From Octopus bimaculoides (taxonomy: Eukaryota), in the NCBI RefSeq assembly GCF_001194135.2, contig NC_068985.1:59021578-59085577 (forward strand): DNA of 64,000 nt. Direction: 5' to 3'. Made by a program: the position numbers and the translations under genes. Under the pieces are notes generated by a model. That model was not told where the DNA came from and ran no database searches. It worked only from the letters and a program-made list of their open reading frames with translations. Of this stretch, positions 63,702 to 64,000 are shown piece after piece. Numbering within the stretch: the stretch's first letter is position 1; the number at the start of each line of letters is the position of its first letter.

Positions 63702-64000
63702 TATATGTGTATGTGAGTGTGTACGTGTGTGTGTTTGTGTGTGCGTGTGCGTGTGCGTAAATATATATATAACATATATTTCTCATTGAATATGTGTGTA
63801 AATGGTTGAACATTCCAAGAATAGTTCTGTTCATAATTTCATTTTATACCAGTGTCAGCACCACAATACCTAGTGAGGCTGTACACAGGAATTACAGGCC
63901 GTCCTTCTGTATAGTTTCCTCTCACCCAATCTTAGTCACAAAGAAGACGTTGACAAAAATGGAACGCAGTAGGATCGAACCCAGGATATCAAAATTTAAA

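Larger units (their letters stand above)
1..64000. other. Gapped, repeat-rich non-coding scaffold; about 19 N-gaps, nearly all flanked by (TA)n, (CA)n, (GA)n, (TATG)n or (ATT)n microsatellites
   Basis: N runs at about 1970-2196, 3266-3537, 4368-4883, 9063-9890, 12818-13275, 15706-16273, 17179-17523, 29381-30342, 32040-32154, 32838-32847, 33810-34131, 35668-36141, 41412-41640, 44836-45590, 49293-49380, 51300-51848, 56442-56861, 59384-60028, 62310-63132. Confidence 0.95.

Overview
This is AT-rich, microsatellite-laden eukaryotic scaffold sequence with about 19 N-gaps (roughly 8.5 kb in total). The SINE families match my recollection of Octopus (cephalopod) repeats, but the species call is not database-checked. 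I found no host protein-coding gene, rRNA, tRNA gene or CRISPR array that I can support; most listed ORFs are microsatellite or N-run artefacts. The recognisable content is a decayed mobilome: (TAA)n-embedded R4/Dong-type non-LTR elements (one near full length at 52.0-55.5 kb), CR1-, RTE- and L1/Tx1-like LINE remnants, several Penelope-like element (PLE) fragments, tRNA-type SINEs, Tc1/mariner remnants and MITEs, and non-autonomous Helitrons. The most notable observations are: (1) a 456-bp PLE-derived mini-element whose 129-bp inverted arms each carry a type I hammerhead ribozyme fold, one with an intact core; (2) a second hammerhead with an 88-nt rod-like extension of stem II; (3) at least eight long inverted repeats or fold-backs, several of which look like local inverted duplications rather than transposon ends.
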